The notes under the pieces were generated by a model, which saw only the letters and a list, made by a program, of their open reading frames with translations, was not told the origin of the DNA and made no database searches. A program made the translations under genes and the position numbers. Positions 20,979 through 33,124 of a DNA stretch of 64,000 nt are shown here, one piece after another. This stretch comes from Trueperaceae bacterium (GTDB taxonomy: Bacteria; Deinococcota; Deinococci; Deinococcales; Trueperaceae), in contig OZ243913.1 of the NCBI GenBank assembly GCA_965213705.1, forward strand, positions 352,001-416,000. Reading direction: 5' to 3'. Numbering within the stretch: the stretch's first letter is position 1; each line of letters starts with the position of its first letter.

Positions 20979-22099
20979 AGCTTGCCCAAACGGCGCTCCA
21001 AAGCCACAAGGCTGCTCAAGTTGTGCGAGGGCGCGAACACGTCTACAAAGGGCAGCGCGGTCCGCATCCCACTGGCGGTGGGTTCGTAGCCGGGGCTCGC
21101 CGCCAGCGGGTTGAGCCAGATGATGTGCCGGGTGCGCTCTTTTAAGCCCCGCATGGCTCTTGCCAACACGTCCAGCTCGCCCGTGTCCCAACCGTCGCTG
21201 TTGACAATCAAAATCGTTTTGTCGTCGAGGAGCTGACCGTAGCGCTCCAACAGGGCGGTCAGCGACGCGCCGATTTTGGTGCCGCCGCTGCGCCCCGGCA
21301 TGGCGAGCCGCGCCGCCCGCAACGCCTCGGCGACGCCGCCCCGCTGCAAGTGTGCGGTGAGTGGGTACAGCTCGGTGCTGAAGCCGAATACTTCGGTCCG
21401 GCTCGAGCGCCGCTCGCGCACGAAGGCGTAGGCGAGTTGCAGCAGCAACCCGCTGTGAACCATCATCGACCCCGACACGTCGAACACGAACACCACGCGC
21501 GTTTTGCCGGTCGCGCGGGTTTTATAGCGCAACTCCACGGGCACGCCGCCGAAGGCCAGACTGCGCCGTAAGGTCCGGCGCAGGTCGACGTGTCCACGGC
21601 GCTGCGCGGCGACCGTCCACCGTCTCGAGGGCCGGGTCGCCAAACGCTTGACGAGTCGCCGAACGAGTTTGGAAAGCACCTCGACCTCGCTCGTTTGCAC
21701 CGCGGCGTCGCCTTGCGCGACGACCTCCGCGGCGCTGTAGGCTTGCGTGTCCACCGTTTCGTCGCTGCCCTCGCCCGCCTGCCAGTCGAGGAGCGACACG
21801 CCCTGCAAACGGGGCGGTTTAGGCGGCGGGTTTTGTCTGGGCGCGGGGTCGGTGTCGTCTAATAAACCACCCCGCCAGTAATGCTCGAACAGCCACTCGA
21901 ACAGCCGCTGCTCGGCGGGCGAGGTCGCGAACAAACCGCGCAGCGCCAGGCGCACCTCGTCCCGGTCGGCCAAATCGACCGCGCCCAGCGCGGAGTGCGC
22001 CAGCGCCACCTCCTGCGGCGATACGAGCAGGTCGGCCGCCCGCAACCTGTGGGCGAAACTGAGGAGGTTGGCCTCGAGGGTGGCGGGATACGGCGTCAT
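20975..22099 (-). CDS. CoxE-like VWA domain protein
   Basis: DVSGSM MIDAS, GGTKIG, SDGWD and WLNPL. Confidence 0.9.
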   Translation of the reverse strand: MTPYPATLEANLLSFAHRLRAADLLVSPQEVALAHSALGAVDLADRDEVRLALRGLFATSPAEQRLFEWLFEHYWRGGLLDDTDPAPRQNPPPKPPRLQGVSLLDWQAGEGSDETVDTQAYSAAEVVAQGDAAVQTSEVEVLSKLVRRLVKRLATRPSRRWTVAAQRRGHVDLRRTLRRSLAFGGVPVELRYKTRATGKTRVVFVFDVSGSMMVHSGLLLQLAYAFVRERRSSRTEVFGFSTELYPLTAHLQRGGVAEALRAARLAMPGRSGGTKIGASLTALLERYGQLLDDKTILIVNSDGWDTGELDVLARAMRGLKERTRHIIWLNPLAASPGYEPTASGMRTALPFVDVFAPSHNLSSLVALERRLGKL

Positions 22100-22103
22100 A
22101 GCG

Positions 22104-22146
22104 TCATTCGTTCTTCGTGATTCGTAAAACTAACAACGAAAAGAAC
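22104..22146. repeat. Heptamer repeat with weak inverted arm
   Basis: TCATTCG-TTCTTCG-TGATTCG...AACGAAAAGAAC. Confidence 0.5.
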
Positions 22147-22153
22147 AATCCCC

Positions 22154-23098
22154 TTACCCCTGCCGGGCGCTCAACCGCTGCCAGGCCCGCTCGAGGCCCA
22201 CCTCTTCTTGACCCGGCTCGACGTTTTTGAGCGCGTCTAAAAGCGCGGGCAGCCACACCGAGCGAAAGCGCCGCTGGTCCTCGGCGTGTTTCAGCAGCAC
22301 GCTGACGGTGGTTTGCAGGGTTTCGGCGTCGAGCCGTTCGCGGTCGAACAGGGCCAAGGCCGCGGCCCAGTCCAGGCTTTCGGCGACGCCGGGCGTTTTC
22401 TCCAGCGGCAACCGGCGCAGCAGTTGCACCATCGCGACGACGCGCGCGCTCAAGGCCTCGCTCACGCCCGGCACCTTGGCGCGGACGATTTGCAGTTCTT
22501 TGTCGAACGGCGGGTAGTCCAGCCACAGGTACAAACAGCGCCGCCGCAGCGCGTCGGACAGTTCGCGGGTGCGGTTGCTTGTCAATACGGTAAAGGGGAC
22601 GTGTTCGGCGCGCACCGTGCCGAGTTCGGGCACGGACACTTGCCAGTCGGACAAGAGTTCGAGCAAAAACGCCTCGAACGCCTCGTCGGCGCGGTCGATT
22701 TCGTCGATGAGGAGGACCGGCGACCGGTCCCGCGTAATCGCCTTGAGGAGCGGCCGCTCGAGCAAAAAGTCGGGGCCGAAGATGGCGGCTTCGCGGGCCT
22801 CGAGGGTTTTGCTCGAGCCCTCTTCCATGCGGATATGGAGAAGCTGTTTTTGGTAATTCCACTCGTAAAGCGCGGTCGAGGCGTCCAGCCCTTCGTAACA
22901 CTGCAAGCGGATGAGTTCGGTCTCTTGCACCTCTGCCATCGCCTTGGCGATTTCGGTTTTGCCGACGCCCGCCGGGCCTTCGACCAGCAAAGGTCGCTGT
23001 AGGCGCTCGGCCAAGTGGACGGCCGTCGCAATCTCGCGTCCAGCGATGTAGCCGCGCGCTTCTAAGGTGGTTTGAATGGTCTCGATGTCGGCGTGCAT
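22154..23098 (-). CDS. CoxD-like MoxR AAA+ ATPase
   Basis: EGPAGVGKT, RLQCYEGLD, LIDEID and SDALRRRC. Confidence 0.92.
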   Translation of the reverse strand: MHADIETIQTTLEARGYIAGREIATAVHLAERLQRPLLVEGPAGVGKTEIAKAMAEVQETELIRLQCYEGLDASTALYEWNYQKQLLHIRMEEGSSKTLEAREAAIFGPDFLLERPLLKAITRDRSPVLLIDEIDRADEAFEAFLLELLSDWQVSVPELGTVRAEHVPFTVLTSNRTRELSDALRRRCLYLWLDYPPFDKELQIVRAKVPGVSEALSARVVAMVQLLRRLPLEKTPGVAESLDWAAALALFDRERLDAETLQTTVSVLLKHAEDQRRFRSVWLPALLDALKNVEPGQEEVGLERAWQRLSARQG

Positions 23099-23145
23099 GG
23101 CTAGGCACCGTTATACCGCACGGAGCGCGGGAGGTGTTGTCTCGA

Positions 23146-23222
23146 GTAGGGAAGTAGGGGGTAGAGAGTAGGGGAGTAAAGGCTTTTGACCTTACCTCCT
23201 ACTCCCTCCCCCACCTCTCTAC
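23146..23222. repeat. GTAGG-rich imperfect inverted repeat (same family as 29748-29801)
   Basis: GTAGGGAAGTAGGGGGTAGAGAGTAGGGGAGTAAA...TTACCTCCTACTCCCTCCCCC. Confidence 0.6.
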
Positions 23223-23264
23223 AAAACTCCTCGTATAATCCTCCCAACTGGAAAGGGGAAAACA

Positions 23265-24886
<1,622 letters not shown>

Positions 24887-24890
<4 letters not shown>

Positions 24891-26290
24891 GAAGTGGGTG
24901 TTTTTAGCTGCTCGAGTTCTTGTAAAAGAAGTTCATAATTTTCGGCAACCATGTGTGTATTTACGTGGCCCTCACCTAATCTATCGGTAACGATAGCTAA
25001 CGCTTCACGGTAGAGTGATTCGGCCTCATCATAACGTCCCGTGTTTTTAAGTAAGTTCGCTAGGTTGTTGAGGTCTCTCGCATAATTTGGATGTGCCTCT
25101 CCCAGAGTTTTTTTGTCAATCTCCACCGCTTTAAGAAAGAGCGATTCGGCTTCATCGTAGCGACCTGTATTCTCGAGCAAATACGCTAGATTGTTGAGAT
25201 TGGTAGCGTATCCTGGATGCCCATCTCCAAACACCTCTTTACTAATTTTTAATGCTTCACGGTAAAGTGATTCAGCCTCATCGTAGCAGCCTGTGCTTTC
25301 GAGCAAATTTGCTAAGTTGCTCAGGTCGATTGCATAGTTGGGATGTGTCTTTCCAAATATTTCCCTATCAATTTCCACCGCTTTGCGGAACAGCGACTCT
25401 GCTTCTCGATAGCGGCCTGTCTGTTCAAGCAAACCCCCTAAGTTATTTAAGTTAGCAGCGTAGTCTACATTTCTATTGCCTTTCTCTTTTGAGCTAATTT
25501 CGATTGCTTTACGGAGTAATGGCTCAGCTTCGTCATAGCGGCTCATGTTCATGTAGGCTAAAGCTAAATCGTTAAGCGCGTTGTTTAGTAGTTTGTCATG
25601 CTCCAAAACTCTTGCCAGTTCTAAATTGTGCTGCGCTTCATCTGCCATCATCTCGTAAAGGCCGAGTCCATAAAGAGCCTTCGTCAAACGTAGCCGCGTC
25701 CGAGCAACGTAAGCCAAATCCGGTTCATCCCGCTCCAACTGCCCCTTCAAAATCTCCCGGTACAGCGCAACTTGTTCTTCTAAATCGCCTCTTTCAAAGG
25801 CGTCGGCCTCCTCAAGTGCTCGGTAACTCGGCGCACCCGGCTCCAACTCACCCCGAACATCAAACACCCCACTCCGCCACGCCCAAAAGTCCGGCGCACG
25901 CTTCATCAGGCGTACAAGTTGCTCCTCGCGCAGCCACAGCACGACCGCGTGGGGCGCGTCTTCAAAAGCTTCACGCTGAATGTTCACGTAGCCTGCGAAC
26001 TTGTCGAAGTCGCTCTTGCCCTCCGGTAGGCTGCTGCCCAAAAAGGTGTAAAAGATGGCTTGGCGGGGTTCTTTGGGCAAGTCCAGAAACGTCCTGACCG
26101 GATTCAGGTTGTCGCCTTTGAGCGCGACTTCGGTCACGGGCAGGCTAATCAGGTTTTTTAGCTTAGTGGCGTTCTCGCGTTGTTCTTTGGCGTCGCGGTA
26201 GAGGACGAAGGTGATGACGGAGTTGTCGGTGGCCTCGAGCAGAACCTTTAGCTTTCTATAACTATGGTCTATGTCAGCTTGAGTGGGCAT
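24887..26290 (-). CDS. TPR protein with 42-aa kinesin-light-chain-type repeats and a conserved-looking N-terminal domain
   Basis: Repeated LNNLAxLLxxTGRYDEAESL units. The N-terminus carries NIQRE...VVLWL...APDFWAWRSGVF. Confidence 0.88.
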
Positions 26291-26291
26291 G

Positions 26292-27542
26292 TCATTTTTT
26301 CAACAAGTCGTCGACTAAGGGGTTGACATCATACCAAATCTCATCGTTTTCGTATTCCAGGACGCTTAGGGTATGGAGAAGTTCTTGACTATGCTCGTCC
26401 TGATTTATGTCACGGCGCGTCTTGACTATTTTTAGTCGCGCAAGCTGTTCGTCGCTCAGCATACGTTTGAAACTCTTTCGTTCTCCGGCTATGGCAGCCT
26501 CTACATGGGCAACCCGTACGATGTTGCTGTCGGAAACCTCAGCTTCTAAACAGGCATCCCTAGCAAGCTTGAGAAGCTGGCGCGGCAACCCACCGCTGTA
26601 AGTTACAAGCAATTCGAGGGCTTCGTCTTCAAGAAGATGTGCCTCGAGACGGTTTAACAGAATGGTACTCAGCGCGGCTTTACCGGAAATACTGGGTCTG
26701 CCATTTTTGTTTTCGACCTTAAAGTTCGGCAAAGTGTAGGTAGCGCTGAAATAGTTGGAAATGTGCACAAAGTTGTCACTCCGGCTCAGCGCGACAGGGA
26801 AGGTATAAATAATAGCCAACTCGGGCGCGCTTATAGACTCGCCGTTGTCGTAAAAAATATTTTTGGCTTTGCTAAGGTCTGTTTTGTCGAGGTCTTCCAC
26901 AACGCATAGAACACGTTTCTGGGTCAGCTTTTCTATCTCTCTAGCAAGCGTGTCCAAACCCTCGAGCAGCTCAGAGACGCGGTGCTGAACTTTTTGGCGC
27001 ATGATGTCGCGGGTACTATGTTCACTCTTCATCTTGACACCCAACTGCGCGAACGTTGCTAACACACCACCGGCACCCACACTAACTTCTCCACTTCTGG
27101 ATGAACCACTTTCGCTTTGCACTTCGGCTTCTTTTCCAAACGACCACAGGGTCTCGAGTTGGGCGAGCGTCTTTTTCGACAAAGACAGTTTTTCGGTTTT
27201 TACCTTTTCAGCGAGTTGAACCGCCATCGACAGCAGAACGTCGATGTACTCTAGGTCGAACAGATTAAGGACATCTCTGAGCGGATAGCGCACGATGAAA
27301 AACTCGTCTTGTAAGTGCGCTTCGAGCTTGGCGAGTTCCGTACTTTTGCCGTTGCCCCGGTGACCCGTGAGCAGAAATTTCTGAGGATAGGCAACGCTGA
27401 GCATTTTTGCAACCCGTCTGATGGGGCTGTGCTCTCGTGAAACATAATAGTCTGCCAACTCTTTAAGCTCAAGTGAGTGAATGGGCTCGAGATTCTTAAT
27501 CGCCTCGTCCAAGTTTCGCGCTTTGTGCTCGAGCAGGGCCAC
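26292..27542 (-). CDS. P-loop ATPase (AAA+/STAND-like)
   Basis: GHRGNGKST Walker A, CVVEDLDK Walker B, SGGLPRQLL lid and C-terminal LEYEN..WYDVNPLV. 1-nt gap to the TPR gene. Confidence 0.85.
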   Translation of the reverse strand: MALLEHKARNLDEAIKNLEPIHSLELKELADYYVSREHSPIRRVAKMLSVAYPQKFLLTGHRGNGKSTELAKLEAHLQDEFFIVRYPLRDVLNLFDLEYIDVLLSMAVQLAEKVKTEKLSLSKKTLAQLETLWSFGKEAEVQSESGSSRSGEVSVGAGGVLATFAQLGVKMKSEHSTRDIMRQKVQHRVSELLEGLDTLAREIEKLTQKRVLCVVEDLDKTDLSKAKNIFYDNGESISAPELAIIYTFPVALSRSDNFVHISNYFSATYTLPNFKVENKNGRPSISGKAALSTILLNRLEAHLLEDEALELLVTYSGGLPRQLLKLARDACLEAEVSDSNIVRVAHVEAAIAGERKSFKRMLSDEQLARLKIVKTRRDINQDEHSQELLHTLSVLEYENDEIWYDVNPLVDDLLKK

Positions 27543-27677
27543 ACCCCTAATCTAGCACGCTTCTTTTAAGACTCCGGCCCTTTACAAGGCGAAAACGAAA
27601 CTTCCTTAAACTGACGAGAACCCCACTTCACGCCGTCGCCGACGTTTGTTCAGAAGGAATCTGCTACCCTGTAACCA

Positions 27678-29744
27678 ATGTCCGACATCGACCTACGCGA
27701 CCCGCAGTATTATTTCAACCGCGAACTGTCCTGGCTGCGCTTTAACGAGCGCGTGCTGGCCGAGGCCGTCGACCCCGACAACCCGCTCTTGGAACAGCTC
27801 AAGTTTTTGGCGATTTTCAGCACCAACTTGGACGAGTTCATGATGATTCGCTACGCGGGCCTCAAAGAGCAAGCCGCCGCGGGCATCGACAAGCGCAGCG
27901 CCGACGGCCTGACGCCGGTCGAACAGCTCGACGCCATTGCCAGCACGCTGCACCCGCTCGTCGCCGAGCACCGCCGTTTGTTGGGTAAGGTCGTGCTGCC
28001 CGCGCTGGAAAAACACGGCGTCGCCGTGGTGCCTGTCGCCGAGTTGCAAGAGCGCGACCAGGCGGCGGTCGAAACCTTTTTCGAGGACGAACTGTTCCCG
28101 GTGCTGACGCCGCTCGCGGTCGACGCGACGCATCCGTTTCCGCGGTTACCGAATTTAAGTTTTTCGATCATGCTGGACGTGTTCGACCCCGAAACGCAGA
28201 CGACCAAAATGGCGGTCGTGCAAGTACCAGGCGTGCTGCCGCGCTTTTTGAAACTACCTGGCAAAGGCTACCGCTTCGCGATGTTGGAAGACATCATCAA
28301 AAGCCGGGTTGACGCGCTGTTTCCGGGTTACGAGGTCAAGCGCGCCCACGCCTTTAGGCTCACCCGCAACGCCGACATTGAAATTGCCGAGGACGAGGCC
28401 GACGACCTACTGCAGGTTATCGAGGACGAGGTGCGCCGCCGCCGCTGGGGCGACGCGGTGCGCTTAGAAGTCAGCGCGGACATGCCCAAAGCCTGGCGAC
28501 ACTACCTGCGCGACACCCACCGGCTCACCAAGGACGACGTCTACGACATCGACAACCACCTCAACGTCGGGGACTTTATGGAGTTGGCGCTCTTAGACAT
28601 TCCGCACCTGCGCTACCCGCCGTTTGTGACCCGGCTGCCGACTGAATACCGGTTCGAGGACAACATCTTCGACGCGGTGCGGCAGGGGGACATCCTCATC
28701 CATCACCCGTTTCACGACTTCGACGCGGTGTTGAACATGATAGAGCAAGCCGCCGACGACCCCAAGGTGCTCGCCATCAAACAGACGCTCTACCGCGTCG
28801 GCAACCGCTCGCCGGTGGTGGCGGCGCTCGCGCGGGCGGCGGGCAACGGCAAGCTCGTCACGGCGTTGGTCGAACTCAAGGCGCGCTTCGACGAGGAGAA
28901 CAACATCGTCTGGGCCAAAGAGTTGGAGCGCGCGGGCGTCCACGTCGTCTACGGCTTCGCCGGGCTCAAGACGCACTGCAAAGCCCTCCTCGTCGTGCGG
29001 CGCGAGGGCAAAGACATCCGGCGTTACGTCCACTTAGGCACCGGCAACTACAACCCCGGCACGAGCACGATTTACACCGACTTCGCGCTGCTCAGTTGCG
29101 ACGAGGACTTGGGCGCGGACACGTCCGAGCTGTTCAACTACCTCACCGGCTTTTCGAAACAGAACAGTTGGCGCAAACTCTGGATCGCGCCTGAAAACTT
29201 GCGTGACAAAATCATCGAGGCCATTGACCGGGAAACCGCCCACGCCGAGGCGGGTGAGGGTGGACACATCGTCGCGAAAATGAACGCCCTCGTCGACCCT
29301 GAGGTGATTCGGGCTCTATACCGGGCTTCACAAGCGGGCGTCAACATCGAACTCGTCGTGCGCGGCATCTGCTGTTTGCGGCCGGGCGTCAAGGGCGTGA
29401 GCGAGACGATAAGCGTGCGCAGCGTGGTCGGGCGATTTTTGGAGCACTCGAGGGCCTTTTACTTTCAGCACGGCGGCGCGGACAGCCTCTACATCGGCTC
29501 GGCCGACTGGATGCAGCGCAACTTAAACCGCCGCGTCGAGGCCCTGGTGCCGGTCGAGGACGAGCACCTGAAGCGAAAAATCATGCAAGTCTTCGACCTG
29601 ATGCTGCGCGACAACGAAAAAGCTCGAGTGCTGCGAAGCGACGGCAGCTACGTCTGCGTCAAGCGCAAACCCGGCCAAAAACGCCTGAACTCGCAAGAGC
29701 GGCTGTTAGAACTCTCGGCCAAGCGCCTGGCGCAGGTGGCGTGA
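27678..29744 (+). CDS. ppk1: Polyphosphate kinase 1
   Basis: NRELSWL, ELKARFDEENNI, KTHCK, GTGNYN, GRFLEH and SADWMQRNLNRRVE. Confidence 0.97.
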   Translation: MSDIDLRDPQYYFNRELSWLRFNERVLAEAVDPDNPLLEQLKFLAIFSTNLDEFMMIRYAGLKEQAAAGIDKRSADGLTPVEQLDAIASTLHPLVAEHRRLLGKVVLPALEKHGVAVVPVAELQERDQAAVETFFEDELFPVLTPLAVDATHPFPRLPNLSFSIMLDVFDPETQTTKMAVVQVPGVLPRFLKLPGKGYRFAMLEDIIKSRVDALFPGYEVKRAHAFRLTRNADIEIAEDEADDLLQVIEDEVRRRRWGDAVRLEVSADMPKAWRHYLRDTHRLTKDDVYDIDNHLNVGDFMELALLDIPHLRYPPFVTRLPTEYRFEDNIFDAVRQGDILIHHPFHDFDAVLNMIEQAADDPKVLAIKQTLYRVGNRSPVVAALARAAGNGKLVTALVELKARFDEENNIVWAKELERAGVHVVYGFAGLKTHCKALLVVRREGKDIRRYVHLGTGNYNPGTSTIYTDFALLSCDEDLGADTSELFNYLTGFSKQNSWRKLWIAPENLRDKIIEAIDRETAHAEAGEGGHIVAKMNALVDPEVIRALYRASQAGVNIELVVRGICCLRPGVKGVSETISVRSVVGRFLEHSRAFYFQHGGADSLYIGSADWMQRNLNRRVEALVPVEDEHLKRKIMQVFDLMLRDNEKARVLRSDGSYVCVKRKPGQKRLNSQERLLELSAKRLAQVA

Positions 29745-29747
29745 TTT

Positions 29748-29801
29748 GGGTAGGAGGTAAAACCGAAAGCTTTTACCCCCTACTTCCTACCCCCCACACC
29801 C
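29748..29801. repeat. GTAGG/CCTAC imperfect inverted repeat between convergent genes, possible terminator
   Basis: GGGTAGGAGGTAAAA-CCGAAAGC-TTTTACCCCCTACTTCCTACCCC. Confidence 0.6.
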
Positions 29802-29805
29802 TGAC

Positions 29806-30759
29806 TCACCCCTTCCACACCTCGGGGTTGACCAGGTGCGCCGGGCGTTCGCCCTGCAACACCTGAACGACCTGCTCAAGCGCGCCGACGAACATCCGCG
29901 TTTTGCCTTCGGGCGTAGCCGAAGCGACGTGCGGCGTCACGACGACGTTTTCCAAGTGGAGCAGCGGGTTGTCCAACTCTGCGGGTTCGGGGTCGGTCAC
30001 GTCGAGGCCCGCCCCGAACAGGTGGCCGCTCTTGAGAGCTTTCAACAACGCCGCCTCGTCCACCAGACCGCCACGGCCTGCGTTGATAAAAATGCTGCCG
30101 CGCTTCATCGTGGCAAAAGTTGCCGTGTTCATGAGGTGCCGCGTTTCGGGCAGCAGCGGCGTGTGGAGGCTTAGGACGTCGGCTCGAGCCAACAGCTCGT
30201 CGAAACTCTGCACGCGCCCAACTCCGGCCCGTTGCATAACCTCGGCGGGAACGTAAGGGTCGAAGGTGACGACCTCCATCGCAAAGCCCTGCGCCATCCG
30301 CGCCACCAACCGGGCGATGCGCCCGAAGCCGGCCAGACCCAAGGTTTTGCGGGCGAGTTCCAGCGCGTGGTGCCGCGCGTGAAAGTCGCGCTCGCCCCCG
30401 CGCAGGCGCAGTTCGGACTGTTTGAGGTGTTTGGCAACCGCCAAGAGCAGCATGAAAGTTTGCTCTGCGGTAGGCACGCTCGGCGCGTCGGGGGTGTTCA
30501 CCACGGCGACGCCGCGCGCCGTCGCGGCGGCGATGTCCACCGTGTCCACCCCGATGCCGGTGCGGGCGATGACTTTGAGGTTGGGTGCCCTGTCCATCGT
30601 TTCGGCGGTGTAGCGAACGCCTCCGGCGACGACGCCGTCCGCCGCTTCGATACCGCGCAGCGGCTCGGCCTCGGTGCCGGGACCTATCGCCTCGGCGACA
30701 CCGGCGAAGAGGCTGTCGTGGCCCGCCAGGCGCTCGCGTTCGAACCAGATTTTTTTCAT
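29806..30759 (-). CDS. D-isomer-specific 2-hydroxyacid dehydrogenase (SerA-like)
   Basis: GFGRIA, INAGRG, DVTDPEP and TPHVA. Confidence 0.92.
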   Translation of the reverse strand: MKKIWFERERLAGHDSLFAGVAEAIGPGTEAEPLRGIEAADGVVAGGVRYTAETMDRAPNLKVIARTGIGVDTVDIAAATARGVAVVNTPDAPSVPTAEQTFMLLLAVAKHLKQSELRLRGGERDFHARHHALELARKTLGLAGFGRIARLVARMAQGFAMEVVTFDPYVPAEVMQRAGVGRVQSFDELLARADVLSLHTPLLPETRHLMNTATFATMKRGSIFINAGRGGLVDEAALLKALKSGHLFGAGLDVTDPEPAELDNPLLHLENVVVTPHVASATPEGKTRMFVGALEQVVQVLQGERPAHLVNPEVWKG

Positions 30760-30772
30760 CGCCCCGTCCGTC

Positions 30773-33028
30773 CTAAACCGCCGTCAGGTTCGCAAACTTT
30801 ACCAGCAGCCGCTTCGCCCCGGCCTCTTTGAACACGACGGTGAGTTCGGTGCCCGCGCCCTCGCCGCTCACGCCGACGACGGTACCCTCGCCGAAGCGGG
30901 GGTGTTTGACCCGCTCGCCGCCGCGGTAGGAGGTGCCCTTGTCGGTCTTGGCAGCGCCGTTGCTGCTGGACACGACCGGCGGTTGCCAGGTGGTTCTCGA
31001 GTACTTGTTCAAACTCCTGGGGTCGGTGAGTTCTTGCCCGAACACGTCCACATCGCTCAGCATCCCTTTGGGTACGTCTTCCAAAAAGCGGCTCGGCCGG
31101 GCGATTTCGGTGCGCCCGAAGCTCATGCGCGACTCGCAGTTGACCAAAAACAAGTCGTCCTGCGCCCGCGTGATGCCGACATAGAGCAAGCGCCGCTCTT
31201 CTTCCAAGTCCTGCAAGCTGCTCGTCGAGTTGCGGTGCGGGATGAGGTTTTCTTCGAGGCCGACGAGAAAAACGACGCCGAACTCCAAACCCTTCGCGTT
31301 GTGCAGCGTCATGAGGGTGACGGCCTCGTCCGGGACTTCTTCGTTGACGGCCTTCACGGCGCGGTCGTCCACGCTCGCCATCAGCGCGGCCTCGTCCAAA
31401 AACTCGGCAATCGAGCCGCCGCCCTCTTCGTCCCATTCTGTAACGGCGTTGAGGAGTTCTTCTAAGTTCTCGAGCCTGGCCTGCGCCTCGAACGAGGCCT
31501 CGTCCTTGAGCATCTGCATGTAGCCCGACGCGTCCATGACGAGTTTGAGAAACTGCGCCGCGGGCAGCGTTTCGGCGGCTTCGCTCAGGTCGTCCATGAG
31601 TTCTAAAAACCCGGCGATGCGCGCCACCGCGGGCGTGCCTTTCAAAATATCGTCAGCGGCGCGCAGAGCGTCTAAAAAGCGGACGCGCTTCTTTGTTGCG
31701 AACGCGACGAGCTTGTCCTCGCTCGTCTTGCCGATGCCGCGTTTGGGCCGGTTCATGACGCGCCGGTAGGCCATGTCGTCGGCGGGGTTGAGGGCGGCTC
31801 GAGCATAACTCAGGATGTCCTTGACCTCGCGCCGCTCGTAAAAGCCGACGCCGCCGACGATTTTCGCCGGAATCCCGGCGCGGCGCAAGGACTCTTCCAG
31901 CACGCGCGACTGCGAGTTCGTCCGGTAGAGGATTGCAAAGTCGTTGTAGCTGTAGGGTTTCTCGGCCATGAGTCGCTCGAGCTGCCGCGCCACGAAGTCG
32001 GCCTCGGCGCGGTGGTCGGCGGCGCGGTAGAGCTTGACCTTGTCGCCCGCGGCTTTCACAGGACGCAGGTCTTTCTCCAAGCGCCCCTCGTTCGGCAAGA
32101 TGACGGCGTTGGCGAGCGAGAGCACGCTGGCAACCGAGCGGTAGTTGAGTTCTAAGCGGTACACGGCAGCGTCCGGGTAATCCTTTTGAAAGTCTAAAAT
32201 ATTGCGCACGTCCGCGCCGCGGAACGAATATATCGACTGGTCGGGGTCACCGACGACCATCAGGTTGCCGTACTTGCTGGCGAGCTGCTGCGTGAGCCGG
32301 TACTGCACCTGGTTCGTGTCCTGGTACTCGTCCACGTGAACGAAGACCGCGCGCTGCTGCACCTTGTCGAGGGTGTCGGGGTGCGTGTCGAACAGCTCCA
32401 CCGTGCGGCCCAAAATGTCGTTGAAGTCGACCGCGTTGGCGCGACGCAGGCGCATCTCGTAGCGCCGGTACGCCTCGACGAGCAGGTCGATGGGCAGACC
32501 CGCGACCATGCCGCCCCAGAGCCGTTCGCCCTCGGCGTCCAAGGTTTCGGGCGTCCACAGGTTCGACTTGGCCCGGTCGATGAGGGCGCGGAGCACTCGA
32601 GGGTTGGCGTCGTCGAGACCGCTCACCGTTTTCAAGATGTCTTTGAGCACGTCCAACTGGTCGTTGTCGTCGTAAATGCCGAAACCGCTTTTGAGGTCGA
32701 TAAGTTCGCCGTAGGCGCGCAAAACGCGCAAACAGGCCGAGTGAAAGGTGCTCACCCACAGCTCTTTGCCCCTGTGGCCGATTAAAGTTTCGACCCGCTC
32801 TTTCATCTCGCCCGCAGCCTTGTTGGTAAAGGTCACGGCGAGGATTTGCTGCGGGTAGACGCCGTACTCCTGCATCAGGTAGGCGATGCGGTGAACGACG
32901 GTGCGCGTCTTGCCCGAGCCCGCGCCCGCAATCACCAGGGCCGGGCCGTCGTAGTGCTGCACGGCGGCGGCTTGCGCTTCGTTCAGGGGTGCCAGTAGAG
33001 GGTGGTCGCTTACGGTTGAGTCACTCAC
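30773..33028 (-). CDS. uvrD: UvrD/PcrA DNA helicase
   Basis: AGAGSGKT, DEYQDTN, KGLEF, EERRLLYVGITRA and a Tudor-like C-terminus. GTG at 33028 has TATAGT 6 nt upstream. Confidence 0.95.
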   Translation of the reverse strand: MSDSTVSDHPLLAPLNEAQAAAVQHYDGPALVIAGAGSGKTRTVVHRIAYLMQEYGVYPQQILAVTFTNKAAGEMKERVETLIGHRGKELWVSTFHSACLRVLRAYGELIDLKSGFGIYDDNDQLDVLKDILKTVSGLDDANPRVLRALIDRAKSNLWTPETLDAEGERLWGGMVAGLPIDLLVEAYRRYEMRLRRANAVDFNDILGRTVELFDTHPDTLDKVQQRAVFVHVDEYQDTNQVQYRLTQQLASKYGNLMVVGDPDQSIYSFRGADVRNILDFQKDYPDAAVYRLELNYRSVASVLSLANAVILPNEGRLEKDLRPVKAAGDKVKLYRAADHRAEADFVARQLERLMAEKPYSYNDFAILYRTNSQSRVLEESLRRAGIPAKIVGGVGFYERREVKDILSYARAALNPADDMAYRRVMNRPKRGIGKTSEDKLVAFATKKRVRFLDALRAADDILKGTPAVARIAGFLELMDDLSEAAETLPAAQFLKLVMDASGYMQMLKDEASFEAQARLENLEELLNAVTEWDEEGGGSIAEFLDEAALMASVDDRAVKAVNEEVPDEAVTLMTLHNAKGLEFGVVFLVGLEENLIPHRNSTSSLQDLEEERRLLYVGITRAQDDLFLVNCESRMSFGRTEIARPSRFLEDVPKGMLSDVDVFGQELTDPRSLNKYSRTTWQPPVVSSSNGAAKTDKGTSYRGGERVKHPRFGEGTVVGVSGEGAGTELTVVFKEAGAKRLLVKFANLTAV

Positions 33029-33124
33029 AGGGAAACTATAACGCCTCGAGCGCCCTCCGACCGGCTGACGGTAGACTTGCAGCCATCTCAGCCGGAGCCT
33101 TGCGAAAGCGGCTACACTGAACGC

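Noticed and set aside
33029..33124. Radiation/desiccation response motif upstream of uvrD
   Set aside because: No TTATG/TTACG-N7-CGTAA-like palindrome is visible here or upstream of the XPB helicase.
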